Part shown: in pieces, positions 1-10,900 of the stretch
Layout of the letters: each line of letters begins with the position of its first letter
How positions within the stretch are numbered: the first letter of the stretch is position 1
Source: a virus
Lineage: Duplodnaviria; Caudoviricetes
Reading direction: 5' to 3' (one strand)
Length of the DNA stretch: 39,726 nt
IMG/VR virus record: IMGVR_UViG_3300048576_000445
Span: 1 to 39,726 of that record
The notes under the pieces: generated by a model
Databases searched by the model: none
Told to the model about the DNA's origin: nothing
What the model saw: only the letters and a program-made list of their open reading frames with translations
Translations under genes and position numbers: made by a program

Positions 1-228
1 TCAAATCTCGATCTCGAAGAATGGCAGCGCTGGCGCTACGCCCTCGATCAATCCGTCCCTGACAAATACCCGCTGCCCAACGGTTGCTGTACCGCGTACC
101 GTGATCAGGGCACCGCTGGGCAGCTCGACCGTTGCGCCATAGCTGGTTGCCTGGACGACGTCGCCTACCAGTAGCGGCGCGTCCGGGAACAGCTTTTTCA
201 GACGCTGGAATCGGTTCTCGGTAGTCAT
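1..228 (-). CDS. Small tail-tip protein (75 aa)
   Basis: Last gene of tail operon, 4-nt overlap with the 649-aa gene; beta-rich sequence. Confidence 0.6.
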   Translation of the reverse strand: MTTENRFQRLKKLFPDAPLLVGDVVQATSYGATVELPSGALITVRGTATVGQRVFVRDGLIEGVAPALPFFEIEI

Positions 229-2174
229 GCCGTGGCCTCAATGGTGATGGTTTGACGGATCACCGGGAATTCGACAGAGATCGCATTCGCCCGGACGATG
301 CCGCGATATGACGTGCCGCCATCCGTGAACTGCACCAGGCGGCCGAGCTGGATTACGCCGGTTTCGGGCAGCACCGGCAGCCGCAGGCGGCGCATGATCT
401 TTCGGCCGGCGCCGCCGAGTACCGCTTCGCCGCGCTGGCGTGCTGCATCGACGTGCGTGATGAGCGGATGCGTCACCGGTTGCGGTGCCGGCTTGTCCGC
501 TGCCTGGCCGGCGCGTTTGACGTTCGCCGAGATCCCGCTGGCCACGCCGGAGACGAATACCGCGTTGTAGAACTGGCTGTCGATGCACTCGACGCCGGCG
601 TGCTCTACAACCCCGGCCGGCAATACAACATCTGGCTCGGCTGCCGCCCACGCCCATGGCAATACTGGATACCTCGGCGCGACACGGATCGAGTCGCTTG
701 CGGCATCGGCCTGCAGTACTGCGCCGATCGCGGCGGCGACGTGTAGCGCCACGTCGATCGGTGCGCCAAAGACACTGAGCGCGCCCGCCGGAACCGTCCA
801 GTCCGGAACCTCCCAGGTGACTGCAAATCCCGTGTACTCGAGCGCGCCGATGATGAGCTGCTGCGCGGTGGCCGGCGTCGAATTCGTGTGTTGAGCCTGA
901 TCGGCCAACGGACTGGCGAGGACAGCGGCAACGCCATCGCCATCGATCTGGATAGATCGCTGACCGAACTGCCTGCTTTCGCCCGGCCGGCCGCGAACCA
1001 ACAGCCGGAACTCGTAGCCGTTGACGTACGCGATCAGCTCAACCGGGTCGGGACTCGGCATCACCGCGTCCAACTGATTCCACGGGATCTCCGCAGACCA
1101 GGACAACAACCAGGAATCGGCGTCGATGTTGATGCGCAACCACGCCGCGTGAATCACTACCGCACCATCGGCGCGAACCAGTAATGCCTCGTTCACCACG
1201 ATGTAGGCCCTCCGAAATGGAACCACGATCTGCTCGCCTTCCGGCGGCTGAGTCGGTCCCGGTGGAATGACGATCCCCCAGTCCGGGGAGAGCGATCGCG
1301 AATAGCGCGACCAAACAATCACGCGATCGACGCTGCAGCGCGCCGCCGTGCCCCACGCCACTCGATGTGATGACTCGGCGATCGCGCGATCCATCACCGG
1401 GTTTCCTGCGCCATCGAGCAGCGGTTTCGTCGCAGCGCCAACAACAAAACTTGCTGACCGAAGCGGCACCTTGATATCGCTTGTGTCGGCGAATCGCGGC
1501 TGAGGCGCGATGTAGCCCGCAGAACCGAAGCGGCCGACGATCGCATTTCCTGCCGGCGCCGAATAACCCGGCCCGCCGAAAACCCCTTTAATGCCGCCGC
1601 CAATCACCTCGACCACGATTGATTCGTTCGGATAAGACCATCCGACTGGGACAATCACCGCCATCAACCCACCGCGCCACGCGGCCGAGATGGCCCGCTG
1701 GCGATCAGACGCGCCAGGCCAAAGCACCACCCGATCATTGCGCACCTCGCGGCCAGCGATCCATGCACCAATCACGCCGGCCTGCATGTCATCAGCCGCT
1801 GGCCACATCGACGCCGCCGATACCCTCACGGTATCCGCCGGCGGCAACCACTTAAGTAGACGTGTGCGCGCCAGCTCGCGCGCGCCAGGCCAGCGAAAAA
1901 ATGATTGGGAATGAACATGAACCGCCGCGCCAGATCGCGCAGCAACATCCCGCACCAGTACCTCCGCGCCAGGAAACTGGCTTGAAAGGCGTTTTTCTAC
2001 GGGTGCGCCAGCCCGCCACGCCCCCCGCACCGACACGCCAAGAGTGATCCTGGCCGGCGGGGTTGATCCGCCAGGCGCAAAAATCGCGCGTATCGCCTTC
2101 GGCGCCGGCGCGACATAGCCCGCCGAACCGAAGCGGCCGACAATCGCGTTACCGAGCGGCGCCTGATACGGCAT
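225..2174 (-). CDS. Tail tip / central fibre-hub protein (649 aa)
   Basis: Position in tail-tip cluster, coupled to both neighbours; N-terminal third has Trp-periodic repeats and a duplicated YxAPxGNAIVGRFGSAGY motif. Confidence 0.65.
   Translation of the reverse strand: MPYQAPLGNAIVGRFGSAGYVAPAPKAIRAIFAPGGSTPPARITLGVSVRGAWRAGAPVEKRLSSQFPGAEVLVRDVAARSGAAVHVHSQSFFRWPGARELARTRLLKWLPPADTVRVSAASMWPAADDMQAGVIGAWIAGREVRNDRVVLWPGASDRQRAISAAWRGGLMAVIVPVGWSYPNESIVVEVIGGGIKGVFGGPGYSAPAGNAIVGRFGSAGYIAPQPRFADTSDIKVPLRSASFVVGAATKPLLDGAGNPVMDRAIAESSHRVAWGTAARCSVDRVIVWSRYSRSLSPDWGIVIPPGPTQPPEGEQIVVPFRRAYIVVNEALLVRADGAVVIHAAWLRINIDADSWLLSWSAEIPWNQLDAVMPSPDPVELIAYVNGYEFRLLVRGRPGESRQFGQRSIQIDGDGVAAVLASPLADQAQHTNSTPATAQQLIIGALEYTGFAVTWEVPDWTVPAGALSVFGAPIDVALHVAAAIGAVLQADAASDSIRVAPRYPVLPWAWAAAEPDVVLPAGVVEHAGVECIDSQFYNAVFVSGVASGISANVKRAGQAADKPAPQPVTHPLITHVDAARQRGEAVLGGAGRKIMRRLRLPVLPETGVIQLGRLVQFTDGGTSYRGIVRANAISVEFPVIRQTITIEATA
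1504..2168 (-). repeat. Imperfect 62-bp direct repeat pair (1504-1565 and 2107-2168)
   Basis: Encodes YQAPLGNAIVGRFGSAGYVAP and YSAPAGNAIVGRFGSAGYIAP in the 649-aa protein; most differences are synonymous. Confidence 0.85.
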
Positions 2175-3733
2175 CAGCTAATCAACACCGGATAGACGTG
2201 GTCATAGACCACTGCGTTGACGTCGTCGTCATCGTGCAGATGCGCCACGACATGCTGCGATGTATCCGCAGTAGGCAGCGTGTAGGCACCATCCTGGTCA
2301 GAATACCCTTCAGAGACCAGACGCCCGGTCCTACGGTGATACACGCGTACCAACGTGTTCGGCCGTACCGTGCCGTCGGGGTTCTCGGTCGTGCCGCCAC
2401 AGTAGGATGGGCCGTAATCGTTGAAGCGCTCGGTTGGTGCGGTAATCGTTGTCAAAAGCGGGTTGTGACGCGCTACGCCGACGCCCAGTCTCATTTCGTC
2501 GAGGTACAGAGTCTCCGGTGTGGCATCTGTTATCTGAGGCGGCCGGCCGATATACACCGCCCCGGTGTTATTAATATGGACTCCGGATACGTCAGCAAAA
2601 ATCAGCCGCTGACCGGACGAAAACAGGGCAAGCGAGTCGCCGCGACGACAGACCGAAAAATAGCCATCTGACCCGTAGCCGAGCGCCGTCGGTACGGTAT
2701 AAGTCGTGCCTGCGACGATGAGAATGATTTCGCTGCCAGATGGCTCTGACCAGCGGTGCTTTAGCCCAAGCGCAATATTGCCGAGACCGTCGAAACAGCA
2801 AAAAACCCAGGCGAAATTCGGGCTTGTCGTTGACATGATTGCCCAAGCCTCAAGCTCAAAATCGGCGGCGCCGATCGCGGCGATAGACAACATCGCGCCG
2901 CCAGACCGAGGCTGAAAAGACGACAGCCCGAACCGTCTTTTCGTCGTCGAAAGCCTCGCGTTGCCGTAAAGCGTTACCAGATTTCCCCTGGTATCAACGA
3001 CGTTGCCGTCATCAGATGGCTCGAAATGGCTGTGAAAAACGACGGTTTCTCGCGCAGAATCAAGCGCGCTAAGCTGCTCGTACCTATCTATTTGTGAGCC
3101 TGCTTCGGAAATCCGGAGATCGCCGGTCGTCCAGCGAAATGGACCAATCAGGCCGATCCATCCATCACCAGAAGCGACGGCTTGTCCAAACCTGATTTGT
3201 TGCCCGGACATCGAGGACCCTGTCTTGCCGTGCGCAACCCGTGCCACTTCGACGTCATCCAGCTCGATGTACTGCTCGCTCGATGTGATGTACAGCCGCA
3301 TATCGTGGCGAACGGAAAGAAAAGACGCCGGGTCCGGAATATCGTATGTCGCGTTCACCCAGCCTGCGTCGTCGATGTTGGTTGCCCAGTAGAGTCGCTT
3401 GATTGTGGGATCTATATAGCAAGACATCGAGTTTGCGCGAAAAATGCGCAACATGCCGCCTGGGCCCCAATCGGTCAAAACAAAAGGGCAAGAAAACACA
3501 TGCAGCCCAAGCGTTAAATGGCCGGACGATCCGGCCAGCACGTAACGCGGGGATGACATGTCAGCAAACCAGAGCGCGCCATCCGGAAAATCATCGGAAG
3601 ACCGCGATACGACGCAGTTTGAGACGTACGCCAGCGCATTCGTTTTTTGGTCGACCACCGACGTCGATCCGTCAATGCCATCGAATAAAAATAGGCTCTG
3701 CACAAGCCCCCACAACGAATCGTAGCCCTTCAT
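2174..3733 (-). CDS. Putative receptor-binding protein with two LamG/concanavalin-like domains and a C-terminal anchor domain (519 aa)
   Basis: LFLFDGIDGSTSVVD and HSHFEPSDDGNVVD...DFELEAW...YLDEMRLGVGVARH motifs typical of phage LamG-like modules; visibly AT-richer than flanks. Confidence 0.7.
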   Translation of the reverse strand: MKGYDSLWGLVQSLFLFDGIDGSTSVVDQKTNALAYVSNCVVSRSSDDFPDGALWFADMSSPRYVLAGSSGHLTLGLHVFSCPFVLTDWGPGGMLRIFRANSMSCYIDPTIKRLYWATNIDDAGWVNATYDIPDPASFLSVRHDMRLYITSSEQYIELDDVEVARVAHGKTGSSMSGQQIRFGQAVASGDGWIGLIGPFRWTTGDLRISEAGSQIDRYEQLSALDSARETVVFHSHFEPSDDGNVVDTRGNLVTLYGNARLSTTKRRFGLSSFQPRSGGAMLSIAAIGAADFELEAWAIMSTTSPNFAWVFCCFDGLGNIALGLKHRWSEPSGSEIILIVAGTTYTVPTALGYGSDGYFSVCRRGDSLALFSSGQRLIFADVSGVHINNTGAVYIGRPPQITDATPETLYLDEMRLGVGVARHNPLLTTITAPTERFNDYGPSYCGGTTENPDGTVRPNTLVRVYHRRTGRLVSEGYSDQDGAYTLPTADTSQHVVAHLHDDDDVNAVVYDHVYPVLIS

Positions 3734-3969
3734 ATCCAGACCCTCTCAATCCTGTGCGGCTCGCGCACGCCTGCCCGGTCGTCTAGCGTCACGGCATAGC
3801 CGTCGCCGGCGTAGCCGGTGACAGTCAGAAAGCACATCCCGCTCTGACCGTTGCTCAGCCCCTCGGCGAGCACCGCGCCCGTGTCGCTGCGATGCACACG
3901 CACGCGACGCACCGCCGCATTACCCTGCATATCCCGCACCTCGATCGATATCGTCGTCATGTCAGTCAC
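3730..3969 (-). CDS. Small tail protein (79 aa), similar to the C-terminal domain of the 519-aa protein
   Basis: VRVHRSDTGAVLAEGLS vs VRVYHRRTGRLVSEGYS; ATGA overlaps on both sides. Confidence 0.65.
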   Translation of the reverse strand: MTDMTTISIEVRDMQGNAAVRRVRVHRSDTGAVLAEGLSNGQSGMCFLTVTGYAGDGYAVTLDDRAGVREPHRIERVWI

Positions 3970-6900
3970 CCATCGACGTCGCCGGCGAAATTCAAGCGGA
4001 ATGAATCCCCCTCGACCGATGCCCCCGGCTCGACAGTACGGGCGATCCAGATCGGCGCCGCCGGCGCCGCGGTTGTGAACATCAAGTTGTTTCCGGGAAG
4101 CCAGCCGCTACCCCAGCCAGCCGCCCGAAGCACAAAGTACGGCTGGCTGGTGAGCTGATTTACCGGCGCGCAATCTTCAGCCGTCGATCCGGTGGCGATC
4201 ACCCCCAGGCTCTTGCCGATCACCTGGAACGTCGTCTGCGAGGTGAACGCCAGGCGCCAGCGCTCGGCGATCGCGCCGTTGTTCAGCACCTCGACCGGAT
4301 AGTCGATCACGTTGTATTCGGCGATTGCGCCAGGCTCGACGTCATCCCAGTTGCCGGACCACGCCAGCAAATCGCGCACGTCGGACACCCGCGCCATCAT
4401 GTCGCCGAACAACAGCGCCGACGACACGTAGGAGCCATCGGTCGGGAAGACCCGGTCGAGCGGGTTGAGCAGCGTCAGGTCGCCGTTGAGCTGCACGTCG
4501 ACGATCAGACGCATGTTCTCCACGCGGTGCATCACGATCAAAGGCTCGACGTAGCCCGTCAGGTCCAGTTCTCCCGCCGGCGCCATCGTGACACTGCCAC
4601 CGATGAGCGATGGGACGAACATTGCCCCATCCACTTTTTTCCCGGTCTGGTCCTCGATCCAGATGTCAGCCAGGTCTGTCCGGCCGACGGCATACACCGC
4701 GCCGGCCGCCGCCGGCGCTGGCAGTTCGAAGGGTTGGGTGTTGTGCACCACAACCACGTCGCTCGGCCGGAAAACCGGCACTCGGCCGTCTGTAGGCAGT
4801 CGCACCGGATCGAGGCCGAGCAAATCGGCATTCAGCGGAAGGTTGGCCAGGACGACAGCGTTGTAGCGGATCGACGACGGAATCACCGGCTCCGGCCGCC
4901 AGATCATGCCGCCAACCACTGCGGCCGCGTCGTACCACCACTCCGCCTCATTGCCGGCCGCCGCCACGAGTTGCCCGAACTCGACGAATGCGACGCCGGC
5001 GTCCTGATTCACGGTACCGCGGACCATCGACCCACTGACCACGCCGGAATTATTCGCGGCACCGGTCAGCACCTCGCCGGATTCACTCGTCGCCTGGACG
5101 GCGAACGATGCCGCTCGCAGCGGGGCGCCGGCAGTACGCATGTGCAGGTCAACCGCGGAGTACTCGCCGTAGATGGAGAGCGCGCAATCCAGGGCGATCG
5201 TCGGCAGCGCGCCGTCGATCCACCAACTCAGCGCCAACTCGCCGGTGCCGTAATCAATGCTGCCGGCAGATATGCCGGCACCGGTTGCCGACGACACGTC
5301 AGCGTACAGCGTCCCGGAACGATCGATGTACGTCACCCCGGCGATGTTGAGCAGAACCGAATTCGGCACGAAGTTATCACCGATTGTCGTGCGCAGAGAA
5401 AAGCGCAACGGCGCGGCAGAAAACGAGACAGCATCGGTTCGTGCTGTCGCCGTCGTCGCCACGCCGCCATCGGCCCAGCCGAAATTCGCGATACCACCAC
5501 CCACCGCCAAAGACTTTGCAGATGCGATCCACGCACCGGCAGGATTCGGCGATTCTCGCGACCAGACCTGTCCTGTGACGGTCAATGGCGTATTGACGAC
5601 GACCGTCCCGACCCCGTAATTGACTGTTCCAACAACCTGGTCGGACGCGATCGTCAGCGATTTACTTCGGCCGATGGAACCCAGAGCCTGGCCCGCCGGC
5701 GCGATCAATAATCCGCCGCCGTTGTCTTCCACGTAGACCACGGCGCCATCAAATCGCACCGACCCGGTCAGGGTACCGGGATCAATCGATGCCCCCAGTT
5801 CCATCAGCGCGCCAGACGCAAGAGAAATCGACCGAACCACCTGTTCGCCAGGCGTCGATGCCACGAGTTGATCGTAATCGACATGCACCGAGCTGAGTGC
5901 ATCCGGCAAGCGCGCCGAAAATTCGATGGTCGTCTCGCCGGTGGTGTAATTGATTGTGCCGGCCACACCGCCGCCGGCGATGGCGCCGTTCCCATCATCG
6001 GCGGCGGTGTACTCCACCCCATCGGATTCGTAGGTCAGCGCCAGTGATCCCGGCGCGGCGGGCAGGTGCTGGAGAACGAAACGCTGTTTCACCGTTGCCG
6101 CCGCGTCACTCGCGGCGCCAGCGCGGACCGCATAGTGCACCCGCGCGCCCCATGAAATGATGATCGCGCTGTCCAGGTCGGGCAGCGCGCCCAAGGTGAT
6201 CAGCAGGCTGCCGGTCGTGTAATCGAGAATTGCCGACCCATAGGCCGAATCATCGCCCGTCAGCGTGCCGTCGCCGCGGTCCTGCAGGCGATACCATTTA
6301 TTCAATGCACGGTAATCGACTGTCGTCGCGCCAGGCGCCGGCAGCGGCAACAAGGTCGCCACGTGGGAGATCCCACGCGTCGCCAGATCGATCTCGATCA
6401 TCCGTGTGTGCGCGATTTGCGCCGCCCGAACTGCCGGGCGATAGGTGATGTCGTATGCGCCAACACTGACGGAGCCACCAGTCCGCTTCACAACACCCAT
6501 CTCGTAATCCACGGTTGCTGTGAATTCGGCCGATGATATATTCCCCAACCCATCATCCACAGCCGAGACACCGGCACCTGTCACCGACACCGAGCCAGGC
6601 TCCATACCGCGCAGAGTGCGATAACTGGCGCCGACCGCCCAGCCACCCGACGACATCATCGTTTCGGTACGCGCCGACGCCCGGCAAGGCACCATTGCGG
6701 CGGCCGAGGCTGGGCTCAAGTTCGCCAACGGCGTCTCTCTCTTGCTAGCCGGAACGATCGGCGAATAGACCGATGCCGCTCGCACCGTTAAATCCCCCGG
6801 CGCCGCCGGCGCTGCCAGGGGCTGGATGCCGTAATAGCGAGCAGCATCGACATACGTCGTCGAGCGTAGCCGGGTCGGGCGCGGCACCGACGACAACTGC

Positions 6901-7535
6901 GACGCCATGTCGGCGCCGCGGAAATCGTAGCGAAGCGGCGTCCCGACGCCGATGTAGATGACCCGGCGCTGGAAGTCCGTCACCGCCGAGCCAATCGTTT
7001 CCGTGAACGTCTGCACGTCACTGCTGACGGTCGTCACCTGGATGTACTGCTCCGCCGTCACCGTGTCGTCGACCTCGGTCGACAGGCAGTACACGTCCCC
7101 CACCTCGGGCAATGGGTCTTCCAGGCGCTGATACGCCCGGATCAACTGCGTCCCGGCCGGCTGCTTCCCGAGCAGAAACATGCGGCTCTCCGGGCCCGCA
7201 GTCACATAGGATTCGATCCGGTCCCGCGCGGCGCTTCGGGTATCGAACTCCGAACCTGTTGAAAACAGCTTGATATGCACCTTGTCGTTTTGGGGCGGCA
7301 GCGAGACGTAGGCACGGGCGCCAGCATAAGTATCGGCATTGCCCGTTAGCACTGCGCCATAAATCTTGAGCACGTTGACTCGCCCGTAAACGCCGTCCAG
7401 GTGGGAAACCTTCGGGAAGACGTTTCCCGCCTCCCCGTCGGGAATCTCGCGGGACGTCCGGCGCCCGCCGCCGTCTGTCGTGTCGGTCATGCGCTCGCTC
7501 TCGAGCAGGGCAATATCAGTCGCAAGAATCGTCAT
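3966..7535 (-). CDS. Large tail tip/baseplate protein (1189 aa from ATG 7535)
   Basis: N-terminus MTILATDIALLESERMTDTTDGGG resembles proteobacterial siphophage tail-tip proteins; about six internal DxGxG...GT(I/V)(D/N)YxxG repeats; GAGG upstream of ATG 7535. Confidence 0.75.
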   Translation of the reverse strand: MTILATDIALLESERMTDTTDGGGRRTSREIPDGEAGNVFPKVSHLDGVYGRVNVLKIYGAVLTGNADTYAGARAYVSLPPQNDKVHIKLFSTGSEFDTRSAARDRIESYVTAGPESRMFLLGKQPAGTQLIRAYQRLEDPLPEVGDVYCLSTEVDDTVTAEQYIQVTTVSSDVQTFTETIGSAVTDFQRRVIYIGVGTPLRYDFRGADMASQLSSVPRPTRLRSTTYVDAARYYGIQPLAAPAAPGDLTVRAASVYSPIVPASKRETPLANLSPASAAAMVPCRASARTETMMSSGGWAVGASYRTLRGMEPGSVSVTGAGVSAVDDGLGNISSAEFTATVDYEMGVVKRTGGSVSVGAYDITYRPAVRAAQIAHTRMIEIDLATRGISHVATLLPLPAPGATTVDYRALNKWYRLQDRGDGTLTGDDSAYGSAILDYTTGSLLITLGALPDLDSAIIISWGARVHYAVRAGAASDAAATVKQRFVLQHLPAAPGSLALTYESDGVEYTAADDGNGAIAGGGVAGTINYTTGETTIEFSARLPDALSSVHVDYDQLVASTPGEQVVRSISLASGALMELGASIDPGTLTGSVRFDGAVVYVEDNGGGLLIAPAGQALGSIGRSKSLTIASDQVVGTVNYGVGTVVVNTPLTVTGQVWSRESPNPAGAWIASAKSLAVGGGIANFGWADGGVATTATARTDAVSFSAAPLRFSLRTTIGDNFVPNSVLLNIAGVTYIDRSGTLYADVSSATGAGISAGSIDYGTGELALSWWIDGALPTIALDCALSIYGEYSAVDLHMRTAGAPLRAASFAVQATSESGEVLTGAANNSGVVSGSMVRGTVNQDAGVAFVEFGQLVAAAGNEAEWWYDAAAVVGGMIWRPEPVIPSSIRYNAVVLANLPLNADLLGLDPVRLPTDGRVPVFRPSDVVVVHNTQPFELPAPAAAGAVYAVGRTDLADIWIEDQTGKKVDGAMFVPSLIGGSVTMAPAGELDLTGYVEPLIVMHRVENMRLIVDVQLNGDLTLLNPLDRVFPTDGSYVSSALLFGDMMARVSDVRDLLAWSGNWDDVEPGAIAEYNVIDYPVEVLNNGAIAERWRLAFTSQTTFQVIGKSLGVIATGSTAEDCAPVNQLTSQPYFVLRAAGWGSGWLPGNNLMFTTAAPAAPIWIARTVEPGASVEGDSFRLNFAGDVDG

Positions 7536-7536
7536 C

Positions 7537-7944
7537 TCAAACCTCAATCAATCGAAGGGTTACCAAATAGGCATCGCCAAAGCCGCCGGGCAGCGCGTCG
7601 GAAACGAACACCCGCGGCCGGGCCTCGATCGCCGCCCCATCGCTACGGCGGAACATCACGTTGAAATTCGTCCCGCGCAGCGCCAGCGCCAGTTGCAGCC
7701 CGGGCACCGCGGCCCAGGCCTGCAACTGACTCAGCGCAGCGCCGGACATCCACGCCGAGTCGTCATCGATCGGCTGCAACGTAATCGGCCGACCGGAAAG
7801 CTTTTCCTGAGCGTCGATCAGCAGCGATCCCTCAATCGAATACGACTCCGACTGTGCGACGGGTGACCACGTGAATTCATCGGACCACCACAGATCGGAG
7901 TCCAGGGCCAAAGTCACGCCGCCCGCGGTCAAGTTGATGTCCAT
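7537..7944 (-). CDS. Distal tail protein-like (135 aa)
   Basis: Immediately after tape measure; WSDEFTWSPVAQSESYSIEGSLLI...GRPITL motif. Confidence 0.7.
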   Translation of the reverse strand: MDINLTAGGVTLALDSDLWWSDEFTWSPVAQSESYSIEGSLLIDAQEKLSGRPITLQPIDDDSAWMSGAALSQLQAWAAVPGLQLALALRGTNFNVMFRRSDGAAIEARPRVFVSDALPGGFGDAYLVTLRLIEV

Positions 7945-10900
7945 CAGCTAGACCTCCGCGCATCGCGCTCGAGCATGCGAATGAACGAATCCGCCGATGC
8001 CTCGTCGTCGGCATAAAGACGGGTCGTGCCACCACTGCCGCGCAGGTCGATCTGGACACGGCGAATCGATAGCGCAGCGGTGGTAGATGACGGCGACGTG
8101 TTCTGTTGAACGACGGGCTCCACCGTCTCCGTTTTTTTTGCTGCAGCGCCGCGATTATTGACATCGGCCTGGCCTGCATACACATCCGCCATGGCCTGGC
8201 GGATCAAGCCGCTGTAATCCGGTTCGATGATGCCGCGCTGACTGACGATCTTGCGACCAGTCCCTTGCGCTTGCTGGCGCTCGATCAAATATTCCAGGCG
8301 CCGAGTCACATCATCCAGGTCAGCCTGTTCGACGCCGGCGGCGAGTACAGCGCGGCGCGGATCAAACACCGGTGCTGATGCCCGCGTCTCGCCCTTGCGC
8401 GCCGCGTCCAGTTTTTTCTGTGCCTCTTCTGCGTCCCGTGCGGCGCTGGCCACGCCGTCCAGTGAGTTCGCCAGCTTGTCATTCGCATCAGCAGCCCATC
8501 GCGCTGTATTGGCGTTGTACTCCTGAGCATCAGCAAGCTGCCGAAGACGGTTCGCGGTTTCCGCCGCGATATCGGCTTCGACCTTTTTCACGTTTGCGCT
8601 CGCCTCGGCCGCGACCAATTCCGCCTTCTTGGCTTCCGTCAGTTTGCCGGCCATTTCCAGCGCTGCGCGTTCGGCCTTGACGCTGGCCATGATCGCATCC
8701 GCTTCTGCGGCCTTGGCCTTTGCGGTCAGCTCGGCCAGCTTGATCTCGAGCTTCTTGATCTCGAGCAGCGCCTGCGTCGCCTCATATTCATTGCCCCTTT
8801 CCTTAGCCACCGCCGCGATCGTGCGTTGCTGTTCGATCGCCAGGCGGATCGCCGCCTGATCGACCGAGAGTTGAGCCTCTTTCGTCGCCGACCACTTCGA
8901 CAGTTCGCCCCGTGCGCTCTCGTATGCCTTGGCCTCAACCTCCGCCCGCACCGCGGCCATCTGCGATTGCGTCGCCTGCGCTGTCGCTTTGTCCGCGTCG
9001 GCCTGCCGCGCCTCTGCGAGCTTGACCAGGTTGTCGATCACCTTTTGCTGCTGCTCGGTTGCACCGCCGGCGGCGACAGTAAGTTCTCTCATGCGAGACA
9101 CCTGCTCAGCCATCGCTGCGGCCTCAGCCTGACGGCGCTGAGCGACATCTGCGAGTGCTGCCGCGTCCGCGGTCGCTGCCTGAGCACGGGCACGGAGTTG
9201 ATCGGCCTCCCCTCCCATGGCCTCCGCAGCCTTGATAGATGCCTCGCCCTGAGCCTTGATCGCCTCAGCATTCTTCACGGATTGCGCGGTTGCCGTTGCT
9301 GCAGCTTCAGCGACTTCTGCATGCGCAAGTTTCAGACTGACGAATTTGCGCGCCTCGGCGTCGACACTGGCCTCTCTCTCCTTTGCCTGCGCCAGCATCT
9401 GCTGTCCAACTTCGTCCAAAGACGCGGCCATTACGCCGTTATGCTGCGCGACCAGTAGCAGACGCTGACGCGCCTCTTCTTCGACTTCGGCAAATGCCTG
9501 TTTTGCATTCTCGGAAAAACCTTTTAGCCCGATATCACCATTTGCGAGGGCGCCGAAAAACACCCCGATATCTTTGCCCAAGGCGGTGATCATCGTGTCG
9601 ACGGTGACCACAGTGGTTTCCATCCCTTCGAGAGCCAACTTCAAGGCAGCGATCGGGCCAGCATCGCCGATCGTTTTGTAGACGTTTTCGATCGATGTTT
9701 TGAAGTGCTGCCATTCCTGCGTCAGAGTTTCCGTGGACGCATCCTTGTATAGCTTGTTCAAGCCATCCGACAATGCCGGGAACAGTTCTTCGGCGGTCAG
9801 TTGCCCGGTTTCAACCAGCTTGATCAACTGAGCCGTGGTGATGCCAAGCCCTTGAGCAACTGCATTCAGTGCACCCGGCAGCCGCTCGCCGAGTTGTCCG
9901 CGCAGTTCTTCCATCGACACAACGCCCTTGCTGGCCATCTGCTGCAGCGCCAGCAAGGCGCCCTCGGTATCCGCCGACGACTTGCCGGCCAGGCTCATCG
10001 CCCGAGCGACAGATTCGAACACCTGGCGAGTCTTCTCGCCCTCGGCCGCTGTCCCCTTTGTCGCTGCCATCAGGCTCGCGTAAGACCGAGCGGTGGCGAT
10101 TTGCTCCAGGCCAAGCCTGGCGGCAACTTCGCGCGCGTAATCCATCTCTCGGGCGCTGTCTTCCGCCGACGCGGTTACCGCATTGAACGTTCGCTCGACG
10201 TTCTCCAGTTCGGCATTGACCCTAACCAACTCCTTGGCCAGTTCAAACCCAATAAACGCCCGCCCGAGCCTCCCAAACATCGCCGAAAGATTGCCCGCCC
10301 GCCGCCCGACATCATCCATGGCAGCACCGCCGCCGGCGGCTTCCTGCTTCAGTGCGGCGAGCCGGCGCTGCCCCTGGGCGAACGCTCGGTCGAATTCATC
10401 ACCGGTGAGGTCGGCGCGCTTCGCCAGGTCGAGCAGTGCCTGGTTGATCTCGAGAATCTCGGCGTTGATCTGGTCGGCCGAGCGGATGTTCAGTGCGGCG
10501 AACGAACGATTGAGCGTTGTCGTCGAGGCGCGTGCTGTTTGGGCCGCCCGATCGACCTGCTCAAGTTCCTTGGCCCACCAGTCGGCGTACTCAGCAGCCT
10601 TCTGAGTCTGAACATTGGCCTGGCGTTGTTTGTCCAGATCCAGCGCGGCGTCCAGATCCTCTTTCGCTTGCGCGGCACGGTCGAGCTGCTCGGCCCACCA
10701 GCCGGTGTACTGCGCTGCCTTCTGCGCCTCCATCGCCTGTTGCCGTTGCGCTTCGAAGCTCGCATCGGCGGCCAGTTGCGCGGCAGCCTTGGCCGCCCTT
10801 TCGGTCTCGTCGGCCAGGAAGCGCTGATACTTGGCCTCTTCCTGCGCCGCCTGTGCGACATCTTGACTGCGCTGGATCAGCTCGGCCTTCTTGTCGGCGA

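Noticed and set aside
1504-2168. Repeat pair as a diversity-generating retroelement TR/VR
   Set aside because: No reverse transcriptase in the window; both copies are in one ORF and differences are mostly synonymous, not adenine-specific.
1-3969. Gin-type invertible tail-fibre segment or mom/dam modification gene
   Set aside because: No invertase, inverted fibre copy or methylase within the window; they could lie outside it.
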